DNA of 64,000 nt from NCBI RefSeq assembly GCF_009914755.1, contig NC_060928.1; one strand, 5' to 3'. Under the pieces are notes generated by a model that ran no database searches, was not told the DNA's origin, and was given only the letters and a program-made list of their open reading frames with translations. Positions 30,640-45,174 of the stretch are shown one piece after another. Numbering within the stretch: position 1 is the stretch's first letter; the number at the start of each line of letters is the position of its first letter. A program made the translations under genes and the position numbers. This stretch comes from the human T2T-CHM13v2.0 reference genome, Homo sapiens.

Positions 30640-31210
30640 AAACTTAAAACCAAAAAAAAATGAAAAGAAATCAACAAATTTTCATAAAGTAATTCCATGC
30701 ATGTAACGAGTACATAGATCAAGGAGAGCAATATTAGCACTCCAGAGTTCCCTCTGCATCCCTTTAAGTCACTCTCTGACAAAATTAACCACTGTCCTGA
30801 TTTTTTGCATGATAGAATAATTCCACTCTGTTGGAACTAGTATAAATGGAATCATGCAGTATATTATCTTTTAACTCTGGGTTCTTTCACTTGACATTAT
30901 GATTTTAGATTCAGTGATGTTGAACCTAGCAGTAGTTTGTCCATTCTCATGATTGTGCAGTATTTCATTACAAGGATATAGCACAATTTGTTTATCCATT
31001 CTAATGTTGATGAACATTTGGTTTCTGGATTTTGATTCTTGTATATTATGCTGCTAAGAACATTTTTGTACCTGTTTTTGCGGGAAGTGTGGCTGCATAC
31101 CTGTTTAGAGCAAGATGTACTCTTTTGTGTTTGGCTTTTTTGTCTCAATATTATGCTTGTGAGATCCACCCATGCTGCTATTAATAGACATAGTTCATTT
31201 GTTCCCTTTA
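30640..31210 (-). mobile_element. L1ME-like 3' end
   Basis: tataaatggaatcatgcagtat, cacaatttgtttatccattctaatgttgatgaacatttgg. Confidence 0.75.
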
Positions 31211-31989
31211 CCCTACAATGTTGGAGCCCTGTGTCTTGATATGTGTGTTTCCTTGCTGGTTTTCCTGTTGCTGGTTGCACAATTTTTCTGACTTAGGATG
31301 AATTTGCTTAGAATGATGTTTGCCCCAGAGAACAACTGTTAGTAGCATACTCATTCTCTGCCTTTTTACTGTCATCTTGAAACGGCACTTTAGTCAGTTT
31401 AACACTTGGCAATCAATGCTTAGTGGCTCAGTACAATGAACTATGACTGTTACCATTTGAAAAGCTGAAGAAATACTCACTCTATACAAAGAGTTAAAAC
31501 TATTTCAGTATTTTCTAATTTAGTAGCCACTGACTTTATTGTTATTTTACTTTATTTTATTTTCTCCTGAAAATAATTTATATTTAAACAAAGTCGATGC
31601 TTAATATACTAAAACCTTTACTTTTCCTTACTTTTGTACCTCACAGCATATATTACTTTCTCATGTGTTTCTAAAAATGTGAAAAGTATAGGGTAGGAAG
31701 AAACTTGCTTAGATTTGTTCAAAATGAAAGTTTATGTAAAACTGGAAAAAATGACTCAGCTACATTTGTCCTGTCAGGTGGCTCCAGGATTCTCGCCAGT
31801 AAATTGCATGCTGGATAGTTCTTCAGATATTGTTGGTTTTATCTCTATTTTAAATAATCAACCATGCCACTTATACTTTATCCCACCTTGGTATTTACTT
31901 ACTGATACTATGTAAAGTTCCATCTCTTCTTCATTGCTTAAAGACACTTTTATTACTAAGAAAAATTTTACTACTGAAGTACTATGTCT

Positions 31990-32110
31990 ATTTTGCATCC
32001 ATTTATTTCTTTGCATTGTAAAACTAGATATGCACCTTTTGTTGTAAAGAGGTACACGAAAATATTGGCTTCCATTTAAATTCGTTTGACTCTCTCTGTC
32101 TCTCTCTCTG

Positions 32111-32145
<35 letters not shown>

Positions 32146-32230
32146 GAGAGAGAGAGAGAAAGAGAGTGAAAGGGACAGAGTCAAAGAAATTTGTATTAAT
32201 GGAAGTCAATATTTGCATGTACCATTTTGC
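31990..32230. repeat. Copy 2 of the duplicated palindromic element (hairpin ~32044-32230, (TC)n(CA)n(GA)n core)
   Basis: ggtacacgaaaatattggcttccatttaaattcgtttgactct versus agagtcaaagaaatttgtattaatggaagtcaatatttgcatgtacc. Confidence 0.9.
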
Positions 32231-32601
32231 TTTTCTGGCTTTCTTGCATTTGCATGGCTTTTCTGCTATTAATACATAGTTTTAACATTCCTTAGAGATC
32301 TTTAGTAAAGATCTATTTGTAAAGAGCTAAAAGCGAGGCTTTAGTAGATAGTTTTTGTAGCACAAGATTCTCAAAAATACATACAAAGGCAACTTATGTT
32401 ACCCAATGATATTTTAGAGTAGGTTTAAAACAAACAACAGGTTGTTATCTATTTTTTATTTTTCTCAAATTATTATGTTTTAAGAAAAGAACTGTTGGAG
32501 AGGTGAGCTGGAATATTTTAATCCTGGAAGATAAAATAACGAGAAGGACATCTGAGAATAATAAATTAATATTTAACTATTCTTTAGGATATTACATGAA
32601 C

Positions 32602-33017
32602 TATCAAAGAAAAGCTGCACCAGCCAGAGTTAAACAGCCAAAGAAGACTTTATTAGAGACTATTGTAATGTGAATAAAGACTGCGAGAGAGTTTAATTTA
32701 ATTCTGCTGAAATGAAAGATGGGAAGATATTTAAAGGATGGTTGAGCTAATGGAAAAGTACAGGAGGACATCAGGGATACCAATGGTCAATATGAATAGG
32801 CCATCTGTGTTTGCTAATCGGGGCTTATCAAAGGTGGTTCTTACGCTCCCATAAAGACTGAGAGATAAAAGCCCTATCTTTCAAATAAGTAGAGGACGAA
32901 TTTACAATTACAAGTTTTCCAAAGTAAATCTCTAAGGAAGATCAGGGGATTATAATGAGGAAGAAACCTGTGTAAACTTTATTCAAGCTGAGAGGAACAT
33001 TAAGGACCTCTTGGTCA
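32602..33017 (-). mobile_element. ERV1-type solo LTR (MER31/MER67-like)
   Basis: Minus strand begins tgaccaagaggtccttaatgttcctctcagcttgaataaagtttacacaggtttcttcc, contains aataaa, ends cttttctttgata. Confidence 0.6.
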
Positions 33018-35916
33018 ATACAAAGTATTTTTTACATACATAATCATTTACAGGAGTATCTTTCTCTTTTTAATTCAGTAACTTATTTCTTGAAAACCAA
33101 CCAACCAACCAACCAACCTTGTACTTACTTTTGGTATGAATATGAGAATTGATCTTTACTATGTATCTTTTTTAGGCAGAGTTATAAAAACAAATAAATA
33201 TTTATTATGATACACATGGTAATAATATCCAAAGACATAGTTCCATAGTTTTAATATAAAAATAAAATTAATAAGTGTAACTTTTTTCAAGAATCCAGTA
33301 TTCAACCTTAATACCAACTGCTTGCTATAGTTTATATTTTTGAGATAAGTCCAGTTATCTGGTTTTCTATAAATCAGACCTGATAAGTTTAATTTTTTCT
33401 GACTATAAATGAGTCCCACAAGCAATGACTTCCAATGGACCATAGACAATTTGAAGTTGCTATTAATGTAAGTCAGTGTTCCTGTAAAATAACAATAATA
33501 AAAATATTTTAGCTTTTTTGTCTTATGTGCAACAAATATATTTATTCACTATTAAAACAATGGAATTTTATAATCAGAGAAGAAAGCATGAAAAAAATCT
33601 TTAAATTACCTTTTGCATGTTAATTGCCCACTCTTTAAAAGTCTGTTGACACTTAGTGGTTTTGCACAGTGTTATATAAATTACCACTTCCTGTTTTGCT
33701 CTTACTTATAGATTTCCTGTCTCCTACATTTACTGTCCTACATAAATACTTTCCCCATATGTCTGTCAAACTGCTACTTTTAAAATTCACATTGTTACAT
33801 AAAATAAATGATGTGAAGCACAAATTTCACTAAAATTTATTTTTCATATAATGACTATACTTTCTATTACAAATAAATGTAAAAGAAGTAAAGCAGTTTT
33901 AAAATCACTTTTCTAGAAGTATATTATTTCAAATATAAAATAATTTGTTTTCCTCATTAATAAGTCAAAATAAAACCACAGACTACTGATTTTTAAATCA
34001 CTTTGCATATGTGATAGCTGTTACTATACTTCTCATTATACAGTGTTTCAAACAATTTCTTTCTAAAATTTAATCAAAAATGAATATATTTTGAAAATGA
34101 ATGCATAAATATATATGGAACTCCTTTGGCTTTCACATGACTTTAATATAAGAGCTGGTTGTAGCTTTTGAACAAAACAAACAAAAAATAAGAATAAGCT
34201 TCTTTGTGGAATTACTCTAAGGGTTTTGTTTTTGTCACTATAAATAACCTGCTGGTTTCCATACATACATTTTGTATAAACATGATATTATAAACACAAT
34301 GAATCACAGATTTTAAAACAATTATCCATTATTTACCTTGTATTATTTTGTTCTAACTTAGATTCTGATCTATCTCACTAAACCACAGAGTAATCTATGA
34401 ACCAGAGTGAATGAGAGAAGGCTCAAATTGCTTTTTTAAGTGCATTAGACTCTGACAAATGAGTAGGTTCAATTTTAAGATCCATTCTATATGTTCTGTG
34501 GAATCTGTAAGAGAAAGAAATGAGAAATAGGATATTAAAATGTCATCAAAGGAGGAATAACTTCAGAAAATCTAATAAAAAATGTTGGGGCAAGTGGTAG
34601 CATAAATGAGACTATAATTTCTTGTCATATTTATTACCATAATATTTTCTATTTTTCTGCTCTCTGCTTTCCAAGAACCTGCAGAGATTGGCCAATTGTT
34701 GGACAATAGCTGTGTTCTCTTCCTCTTTGGCACTCTGCTAGACTTTTCTCAAGCTGTCACTTGGAGACATGTGACAGAGCTGTGGCCAAAGCAATGTCAG
34801 TTTAAGTGATAGACACCACTTCCAAGCCTGATTGCCTGTAAAATTTCTGGCATAATGTGCCAAATTATCTTGCCTTCCTCGCTTGCTGGCAAGATGCAGA
34901 GGATCTAGTGAATGATTCCAATTTTCTAAGGAAGACGTATAAAAAAGAGAAGGCTTGATCTTTGAATGACACTATGAAGTAGAGTTTCCCAAAGATCAAC
35001 TGTCATTGAACTCCACTGCAAATAACAAATAAACTCTGAGAAGTTGGAAAGTTGTTAAAATAGTAATTACTGTGATAATACTTAGCATGAATAACATGGA
35101 TATATATTGGTTGTTAGTTGTCTGTAGTCGCCTTTTCATGGTATTGAAATATGTTGAACATCACAATAGGACAAAGTTTTCCATTTGTAAAAAGTATTAC
35201 TTAAATGTTTCACCTACTCAGTGCACCAGAATCTTGACTAAAATGTGCTCAAAAAGAGATATTTGAACCATACTGGCCTCCAGTGAAACTTGGAGCATAT
35301 TGTAAAAATTCTTAATCTTGGGATGTAATAAAAGATATAATAGAAATACCTATTTGAATAACAGAATTGAGATTATCACATGACATTACATGTATGTGTA
35401 TATATGCATATACACATTTATATTATATAATTTAATGTATAGAAGTATGCATATTTTATTTAACACATACTAAGTTTATTATATAATTATAGCAAAGTAT
35501 GTAAATTATATGTTATACACCTAATATGTAATTAGTTAAAGAAAAAAATCACCATTAAAAACTTGATATGAATGTTAAATATTTCATTTGGCATGGATTT
35601 AGAGCTATCCCTTTGCCAGTGTTGCAAAAACAAAGGTCTTTGTTCTCTCTCTCAGTTTTTCTTACTATATTGTTCAGTTATAAGAAGGTTCTCTTTTGTT
35701 ATACTCATATTTTCGTCCGATGTGTGCTGAGATGTTGTCTTCTTATAAAAGACCTTCAAAATTTGGCGAAGTTGTTGAGTATGTATTTTAAGCACATTCC
35801 TTTTTTTTGAGTATTAAATTTTTCAATATTATATTTAAAAAATAAAATAGAATATCACTTTCCTGATAAGAACTATGACGTGTCAAAGAGATTTTATTTT
35901 GGTAGAAAATAAAAGA

Positions 35917-36226
<310 letters not shown>

Positions 36227-36279
36227 TCAGAAATCAGAAACAAAGGAGTTTATTGCTCACACCAATAACATTGGCCAGA

Positions 36280-39200
36280 CATAGATTGGCAGAATGAAAA
36301 AATTTACAAGACCCAAACACCTCCTAGCTTCAGGACACTCATTTTAGATTTAAGGATATGTATACGTTGAAAGTGAAGGGGTGGAAAAAAAATTTTCCAT
36401 GCAACTCATAACCAAACATTGTAGGGTTGGCTATTCAGTACTTATATCAGACAAAATAAACTTTAAGTAAAAAAATTATCACGAGACAAACCAGTACATT
36501 ATATAAGGATAAAATTGTCAATTCACTGGAAAGATGTAACAATTGTAGATGTATATGCACTCAACATCAGAGCACCTACAAAGCAAACATGCACAGAATT
36601 GAAAGGGGGAACAAACAGCATGCAGTTACTGACTTCTATTGTAGTACACTGTGGTAGCAGACTTTAATATCCCACTTTCAATACTGGAAAGAACATCAAG
36701 ACAGAAGATCAATAAAGAAACAGAGAAGTTGAATAAAACTATAGACCAATGGACCTAATAGACCTATATACAGAAGATTTCATCCAAATAGCAGTAAAAT
36801 ACACATTCTTCTCAAATTCATGAATATTTCATGAGGATAGGTCACATTTTAGTTCACAAAAATGTCACAAAAAATTTAAGAAGACTGAAACTACACTACA
36901 TATATTTTCTGACCATAATAAAATAAAAATAGAAATGACTAACATAAGAAACACAGGAAAATTTACAAATAAGTAGATATCGAACAACACACTCTTGGAC
37001 AACCATGAATCAAAAAAGACATCAAAAGAAAAGTTGAAAAAAAAAAACTCAAGACAAATAAAAATAAAAAACACAATATTCTGGAACCTAAGGGATGCAG
37101 CAAAAGCCACAGTAAAGAGAAAGTCTCAAATAAACAACCTAACTTTATACCTCATAAAATAGAGAAAGAACAAATAAACTGTAATTAGCAGTAGAAATAA
37201 AATAACAAAGTTTAGAGCAAAAATAAACCAAGTAGAAAATAAAAAAATAAATGAATCTCAGAGTAGGTTTTTTGGAAAAGATAAAATAATTGACAAAACC
37301 TTAGCCAGCTTTACTAAGGAAAAAGGACAGAAGGCAGAAATATCAGATATGAAAGAAGAGATATTGTAACTGATACCAGTAATAAGAAAAATCATCAAAA
37401 GGTTATAATTGTTCATAATTTTAATATATATTACATATAATATGAACAATATGATGTATATTAGACATATTATTATTAACAATTATATGCTAACAAATTG
37501 GATAACCTAGAAGGTTGGATAAACTCCTGGAAACATACAACCTGCCAAAACCAAATCATGAAGAAATAGAAAACTTGAACAGATCAATAATGAATACAGA
37601 GACTGAATCAAGAATCCAACATTTTCCAACAATGAAAAGCCCAGGAGCAGATGGCCTCACTGGAGAATTTGATTAAACCTTTAAAGAATTAACACCAATC
37701 CTTCTTAACACTCCTAAAAAATTATAAAAAGGGCACATTTCCAAACTAATTTTATAGGTCAGCATTACACTATACCAAAGATAGAAAAACACTCTAGAAC
37801 AGTTAAAAAAAAATATATAAAAAAAAACCTAGAGGCCAACATTCTTGATTAACATAAATACAAAAATCTTGAAAAAATATGAGCAAACTGAGTTTAGCAG
37901 CACCTTAAAGAGATCATATACTGTAACCAAGTGGGCTTGATCTATGGGATGCAAAGATGATTCAACATATGCAAGCCAATTCATGTGATACATCACATTC
38001 ACAGAATAAAAGATCATGTGATCATCTCAAAACATTGGAGAACATTCGACATTCTTTTGTAATAAAACAAAACAAAACAGATACTCTCAACTCAAAAAAC
38101 TAGGTACAGACATGCTGTCATAAAATGAAGTTTCAGTCAATAGACTGCCTATATGATAGTGGTCCCATAAGTTTATAATACCATATTTTCACTGTACTTC
38201 TTCTGTGTCTAAATATGTTTAGATATATGAATGCTTACTATGGTGTTATGATTGCTACAGTATTCAGTAGAGTAATATGCTGTACAGATTTGTAGCCTAG
38301 GGACAGTAGACTATATCATATAACCCAGTTTTGTATTAGGCTATATTAACTAGGTTTGTGTAAGTGCATTCTATGATGTTTGCACAATGATGAATGCCTA
38401 AGGAGGCATTTGTCAGAACATATCCCTGTGGTTAAGTGACACATGACTGCATAGAAAGAATTTACCTCAACATAGTGAAGGCTGTATATGACAGGCCTAC
38501 AGCTAACATCACACTTCATAACAAAAAGTTGAAAGCTTTTTTTAAGAACAGGAATAAGGCAAGCATGTCAACGTTCCCCATTTCTACTCAACAAGGAAGT
38601 ATAACTTCTACCCAGAGTAATTAGGCAGGAAAACAAGTAAAAGACACCCAAACTGGAAAAGAAGAAGTAAAGTTACCTCTGCTAACGACATGAACTTATA
38701 TATAGAAAATCCTAAAGACTCAATTAAAAAAACTGTTAGAACTAATAAACAAATTCAGTAAAGTGGCAGAATACAAAATCAACATTAAAAAATCAGTTGT
38801 GTTTTTTACACTAAAAATGAGATATCTCAAAATAAGAATAGACAAATAATCTAATTTATGATAGGACAAAAAAATAAAATACCTAATGATAAACTTCACC
38901 AAGAAGGTGAAAGATTTGTACCCCGAAAACTATAATACAAAAAATTAAATATAACTTTAAAAATAGATGAAATATATCCTATGTTCATGGTTGGAACACT
39001 TAATATTGTTAAAATGCTCATACTACTCAAACCAATCTACAGATTTAATGCAACACTTATCAAACTCCCAATGGCATTTTTTACAGAAATCAAAAATTTT
39101 TCTGAAATTCATATGGACACACAAAAGACCTGGAATAGCCAAAGTAATCTTGAACTAGGAGAACAAAGGTGGGACATCAGACTTCCTGACTTTAAAATCT

Positions 39201-40760
39201 ATTAGAAAACTATAACAATTAATATAGTATTGTACTGACATAAAACAGAGATATATACCTGTTTTATATATATATGAAACACAATAGAGGTTGTGAAATA
39301 AATTCATACATATATGGTCAACTGATTTTTACGAGTGTCAAGAATACGAAATAAGCAAAACACAGTATGCTCAACTAATAGTGTGGAGAAAACTGTATAT
39401 CTGCATCTTAAAGAATGGAATTGGATCCTTATCTTAACCATTCACAAAAATCAACTCAAAGTGGATTAAAAATTTAAATGTAAGACCAGAAATTAGAAAA
39501 ATCATGGAAGAAAACAGAAAAAAAGCTTTATGACTCTGTACTTGGAAATAATTTATTGAATATGGCAGCAAAAGTACAAGCAAAAAAGCAAAATTAGACA
39601 TACTGAACTATACAAAACTAAAAATCTTCTTCATAGTAAAGAAAACAATCATCAGTGTAAAAAGGCAATATTCAGAATGAGAGAAAATATTAGCTAACCA
39701 TATAGCGGATAAGGGATTAATATCCAAAATGCATAAGTCATTTTAAATCTCAATAGCATAAAACAAGTAAAACAATTAAAATGGACAAAAGAATTGAGTA
39801 TTTATTTAAAGAAGACATACAAATTATTAGCAAGAATACAAAGAGGTGCTCAACACCTCAACATCTCTAATAATCAGGAAAATGCAAATCAAAACCACAA
39901 GATATCAATTCACTCCTGTAAGGATGTCCCTATCAAAATAAAACCCATGAGTTAACAAGTGTCAGAGAGGATGTGGAGAAATTGAAACCCTTGGACCATT
40001 GTTGGTGACTATTGAAACTAGTATGGAGGTTCCTCAAAAAATAAAAAATAGAAATATTATATGATCCAGCAATCTCATTTTGAGTTATGTACTCAAAAGA
40101 ATTGAACTAAGGACCTCAAAGAGGTATTTGCACTCCCATGTTCATTACAGGGTTATTTATAATAATGAAGTTATGGAAACAGCCCAAATGTCCATTAACA
40201 GATGAACGGATAAAGAAAACGTGGTGTGCACATACGATGAACTATTATTCAGCCTTAGAAATGAAAAAAATCCTGCCACTTGCTACATGGATGAAGCTGA
40301 AGGACATTATTCTAAGTGAAACAAGCTGGATACAATACTGCATAATTCCTCTGGCATGAGATATATAAAATATTCAAACTTACAGAAGCAGAAAGTAGAG
40401 TGGTGGTTGTTAAGAGTGGTGGGAGAGGACAATAAGTTTTTCTCAATGGATATAAAGTTTCAGTTTAAGATCATTAAGTTTTAGAGAACTACTATATAAC
40501 ATGGCACGTATAGTTAAAAATATTGTATTGTGTACTTAAAATTTTGTTAAGATGTTAAATCTCATTTTAAGTATTCTTACCACAAAAAAACAAGAACTCA
40601 AGAAATCTACTGGAGGTGATGGATATGTCTACTACTGTGATTGTGGTGATGGTTTCATGGGTGAATGCATGTGGCCAAACTCATCAAATTGTATATATTA
40701 AATGTATATACATTAAATGTTTTGTATCTCAATTATACTTTAATAAAGCTGTTAAAAAAT
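36280..40760 (+). mobile_element. L1MA10/L1MB-like LINE-1, ~4.1 kb of ORF2 plus 3'UTR
   Basis: Continuous decayed ORF2 (aaaagcccaggagcagatggcctcactggagaatt; tctacagatttaatgcaacacttatcaaa) and 3' end aattatactttaataaagctgttaaaaa. Confidence 0.9.
38107..38449. mobile_element. Tigger3a (MER7A) DNA transposon inserted in the L1
   Basis: ta-cagacatgc...gtggtcccataagtttataatacc...gtttgtgtaagtgcattctatgatgtt...gttaagtgacacatgactg, with TIR-like ends. Confidence 0.9.
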
Positions 40761-41232
40761 TCAAATTATATGATTAAAAAATACTCTGTGTGAATGTACC
40801 TGGACACATTTTTAAAATTTGATCTTTCCATTACATTAGCATGATACATTATATTAATATGATGTAGTAACAAAAGATTAAAGGTCTGGAATTACAGGCT
40901 AATGTTCCTACACACTACGTGTAGGCCCTTGAGTGAGTCAAACTCTTGGGTCTTATTCCCCCATATGTAGAAGATATACACTGGGTTTTATAATTTATAA
41001 GGTAATAGCAGTTTTAAAATTCTGCCATTTTATGTAGTCCAAATAAATGGATAGGGAGAGGAATGAAATATTAACTTTGGACATAGGTTATCAGAAGTTT
41101 GGAAAACCAATGACTACGCTTTACTACACATGGCTACTAAACATATTTTGCATAGTTACATAAAAATGACCATAAACATTTGTAATTGATATTACATAAA
41201 GTATTGGAATAGCATGGAAATCATTTAAAATT

Positions 41233-41562
41233 ATGAGTTCATGTCCTTTGTAGGGACATGGATGAAGCTGGAGACCATCATTCTGAGCAAACTATCGCAA
41301 GGATAGAAAACCAAACACCGCATGTTCTCACTCATAGGTGGGAATTGAACAATGAGAACACTTGGACACAGGGTGGGGAACATCACACACTGGGGCCTCT
41401 CGTGGGGTGGAGGGAGGCGGGAGGGATAGCATTAGGAGATATACCTAATGTAAATGATGAGTTAATGGGTGCAGCACACCTACATGGCACATGTATACAT
41501 ATGTAACAAACCTGCACCTTGTGCACATGTACCCTAGAACTTAAAGTATAATTTTTAAAAAA
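41233..41562 (+). mobile_element. L1PA5/6-like 3' end
   Basis: atgagttcatgtcctttgtagggacatggatgaagctgg...gtaccctagaacttaaagtataat. Confidence 0.95.
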
Positions 41563-43423
41563 TCACTAGAAAAAAAATCATGGGGCTTATGTCATGTTTA
41601 GATTTGAGGCTTGTAAGGTGTATCTTTGTCAGTACCATCAAAAATTCTACTGGTCTGTTACATCTAATTCAGGAGTACTTTAAATTTTTTTCCCCAAAGA
41701 AAACAAGTCAGGTACAATGAAACAAGCAAAATGTAATGGAGAAAAACAATGTATTAAACATGCTGCAGACTTCCCATACATTAACTTGTCTGGCCAAAGG
41801 TATTTGCTAATTCATTTAGCCCTAACCTTGTCTTGAAAACTCACAGCTGGTTACAAATCCAATCTTTTACAAAGCTACATACCTGCAAGCAGCTAAAAGA
41901 AATATTCAAGTGCAACTCCAACTTCAATGGGAAGTTAATCATTAAGTTAACTTTCTGGTTTTCTTGCACAGTTGAGTCAATCATGTTGAAATTTTCCTTC
42001 TAACATTTTGCCCCTTCCCATGCCTAAAAGTGATTTGGCCCTAGAAGGAGAGTGAAAAAACAAAATAAAACATTATTGATAGAACAACTGGCTACAGGAA
42101 TAGCTGCTCTGGAACCATTGAGCCTATTATTCCATTGCTGGTGAGCCACTTTGTTCAATGAACATGAGTGTTTTAGGTTTCTTATCTTACCAACATTTCA
42201 GATTTCAAAAACAAATATTTTACTTACTTTTCTTAACTTTTTTGGCAATGTAGTTGTCTGCATGCATTCAATATGACTGTTCTATCTTCCTTCTCCTCCA
42301 TTTAACTATGATCAATTATATCACTAGTATATACCAAATATTATATTTGATAGTAAATCTGATTGAATCAGAAGTTATAACAACATTAAATAGTCAGGGC
42401 TGCATTTTACATGCAAAGACAATGTTTAAAAAAATTAAAATTTCCATGAAACTGGACTGTCACCTAACTTATTCCTAAAGGAACTTGATCTTACTTTCTG
42501 TAAAGCTAAAAACTTCAGTATATTCTGGAAACCTTCAGAAGACAAAAATTCACCAAACTCAGGTACTGCCAAATGAAATAATAGAGGCTTTAAAAAAGTC
42601 AAATTTGGTATTATTGAAAGCTCCAGATAGAAATTAATTATATGGCCATACTCTACTCAATTATTTGTGCATAAAGAGGCTTACATGGGTAGAACTTTTA
42701 GCTGTGTCTATATAAAGATTCAGATGAAAACATGAGACCAGCCTTCTTTTTAAATCAAGTGCCTTTGATATTATTTGTCTTGTCACAATGTGAAAGAACT
42801 GTTAAGAAAAACTATAAATATTTTGAAAATCAAAAGATACTATGATGGAAGTTTTAAAAACCCCATCTAAGATTTTTTGTTGTTATTTACTATTTGAAGA
42901 TTACTAAACCACCTGAGTCCAGATTTCAAAACCTTAAATACCCTCTTAACCTTCTCCTCCAAAACTACTAAAAGTCTGTCAGGTTGTATTCTCTCTTATT
43001 AAAAAGTCTAATAAACAGCTAATTTTGAACAATGGGTTTAAGTCTAAGTAGCTTGTTATAGCCACATGTTCTGTCTGCTAAATCTTTCCTGATCCTGGTA
43101 TGCTTTGGGACAACTGGTTGTGCTTTTTACTTTGGATTAAATTGCTGAGGAAAATTCTTGTTCCTGTGATTAATTCTTCACCATCCCTATTCTTTCCTTT
43201 TGTCTACTTCATCTCATACCCCACTTGCTCTTTCCTATCCCATACAAGACAAGAATTCTTGCCACCTTCTCCCTGAGAAGTTGGACTGGGTAGTGGACTG
43301 GAGAAAGGTATCATTTATGTTACATTTAAACTCCTGTTATCCTGGGTAATTTTTCAACAGATCCTTACTGTGTTATTTGAAAATGCAATAACTGGCAGCA
43401 ACCCCATTTGCCTAGATAAGTGA

Positions 43424-43758
43424 TGCTAGGCTCTGAATGTTTTTCACCCTCTAACATTTATATGTTGAAATCTTGATCCCCAAGGTAATGGTATTTGGAA
43501 ATGAGGCCTTTTGGAGTCAGAGCACTCATGGCTGGAATTTGTGTCCTTAAAAAAGATCCCTGGGAGTTAGCTCATCTCTTTTGCCATGAGAAGACAATGC
43601 TGTCTATGAGGACGTGGGCCCTCCCAAGACACAGAATAATTTGGTGCTGGTGCTTGATCTTGGACATCCCAGCCTCCAGAATTGTGAGAAATACATATTT
43701 ATAGTTATAAGCAACCCAGTTTATGAAACTTTGATATAGCAATCTGAATGGACTGACA
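43424..43758 (+). mobile_element. MLT1A-like MaLR solo LTR
   Basis: tgctaggctctgaatgt...cttgatcttggacatcccagcctccagaattgtgagaaatac...gaatggactgaca; TSD agtga/tgtga. Confidence 0.9.
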
Positions 43759-43799
43759 TGTGAGTAGATATGTCTTTAACTATATGTCACCTAGACATA

Positions 43800-44110
43800 T
43801 CTCTCTCCCTTTCTTCCTTCAGGTCACATGGCCCTTTCAGTGAGGCCTTTGATAAACATCCCAATTTAAGTCTTTGTTAAAAACCAAAAACAGAAAAGCT
43901 CTCCTTATTCTCCATCTTCATCCCTTCTGTTGCCTTTTTGCTTTTCATTCCACTTATTATCTATCACATAACATTTTTATTTAGTTATGCTATTCATTTT
44001 CTGTCTTTCCTAGCTAGACCATAATTCTCATGAGGGCAGTAATTTTTGTGTTTTATTTACTAAAACTATTGCACACAGTAACTTCTTAATAAATATTTCT
44101 TAAATATTGT
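43800..44110 (+). mobile_element. L2 3' end
   Basis: ttcagtgaggcctt, ctagaccataattctcatgagggcag, ttaataaatatttcttaaat. Confidence 0.65.
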
Positions 44111-45174
44111 TCAGCAAATACATTTAACTTTAAGGATGGAGTTAAATCCTACATTGTATGTGATATTTTCTTAGTATTATTAAACAGAGATTTAAAGAAA
44201 TTGAAGTTGAATAGAATTTTGAGATAATAACTAAATTAGTCTGCTTTTTTTTTTTTTACTTAATAGACACATTTTAAAAATCATAATAACAAATAATGGT
44301 GTAGAATACCAGTGCTTTCAATTGCAGAATCTGCCTCTGTAGAAAAAAGGCTGTTTTGACATTTTATAATCATAGCAAACATATTAAAACCAAATAGCTT
44401 ATGTCAAACACAGAAGTTGAAGAATACACATATTTATAAGTGAATTTATTCCTGAATGAAATTCAATTTTTCATAAGCTGCAATAAATACTAGAGAGTAA
44501 GAGAATAGAACTGGAGTTGGGATAATGGCTAGGTGCTGAAAAAAGATCTTGTTCCCTCAACCTGCAATGGGCAACAGATCAGTTTTATGGGAATCTGAGA
44601 ATGATGTCCCTTGCCTTTGGTTTTCAGGCATTTAAACTCAAGAAGCATGACCTGGAGCAGGGTACTAGAGTGGCATAAATCCTGGAATCAATATGGGGAA
44701 AGAAAACTTGCTGGATTACTCAATGCTCTAGAAAAAATGCCGTGGCTTTGTGAGCCATGAAATTGTATACAACATAACGATAAGGGATATTTGCTTTTAC
44801 TTCTGCAGGAACATTTTACTCTTTATATACCATGATAATTAGATCTGTAGTTATGTGTCTAGTTAATTATTTTGACCCAAGAAGGCCAAATGGTTACACA
44901 TTGAGCTAGGTCATTAGGTTAAGACACAGGTGCTGGAAACAGAAGAATTTCCGGGTTTAAAAGCCTCAGATATCTGGGATTTATTTGAGCACTGAAAAAT
45001 TGTATTTACATTTCAAAATGTTAGGCTGAGAACCTAGGTTCTTTTCCATTAATCACAAAGAAGCACATTATTTTTAATTTCTTTTGAAGGATGAGGAGTT
45101 AGTTACCTTCTTGTCTCCTTTGTGTAAACAGAGTAGACATATTGCTCTTTATCCATTATCTGCAGACTCACCCA

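Noticed and set aside
30897-31280. 127-aa minus-strand ORF
   Set aside because: Translation of an L1ME 3' end
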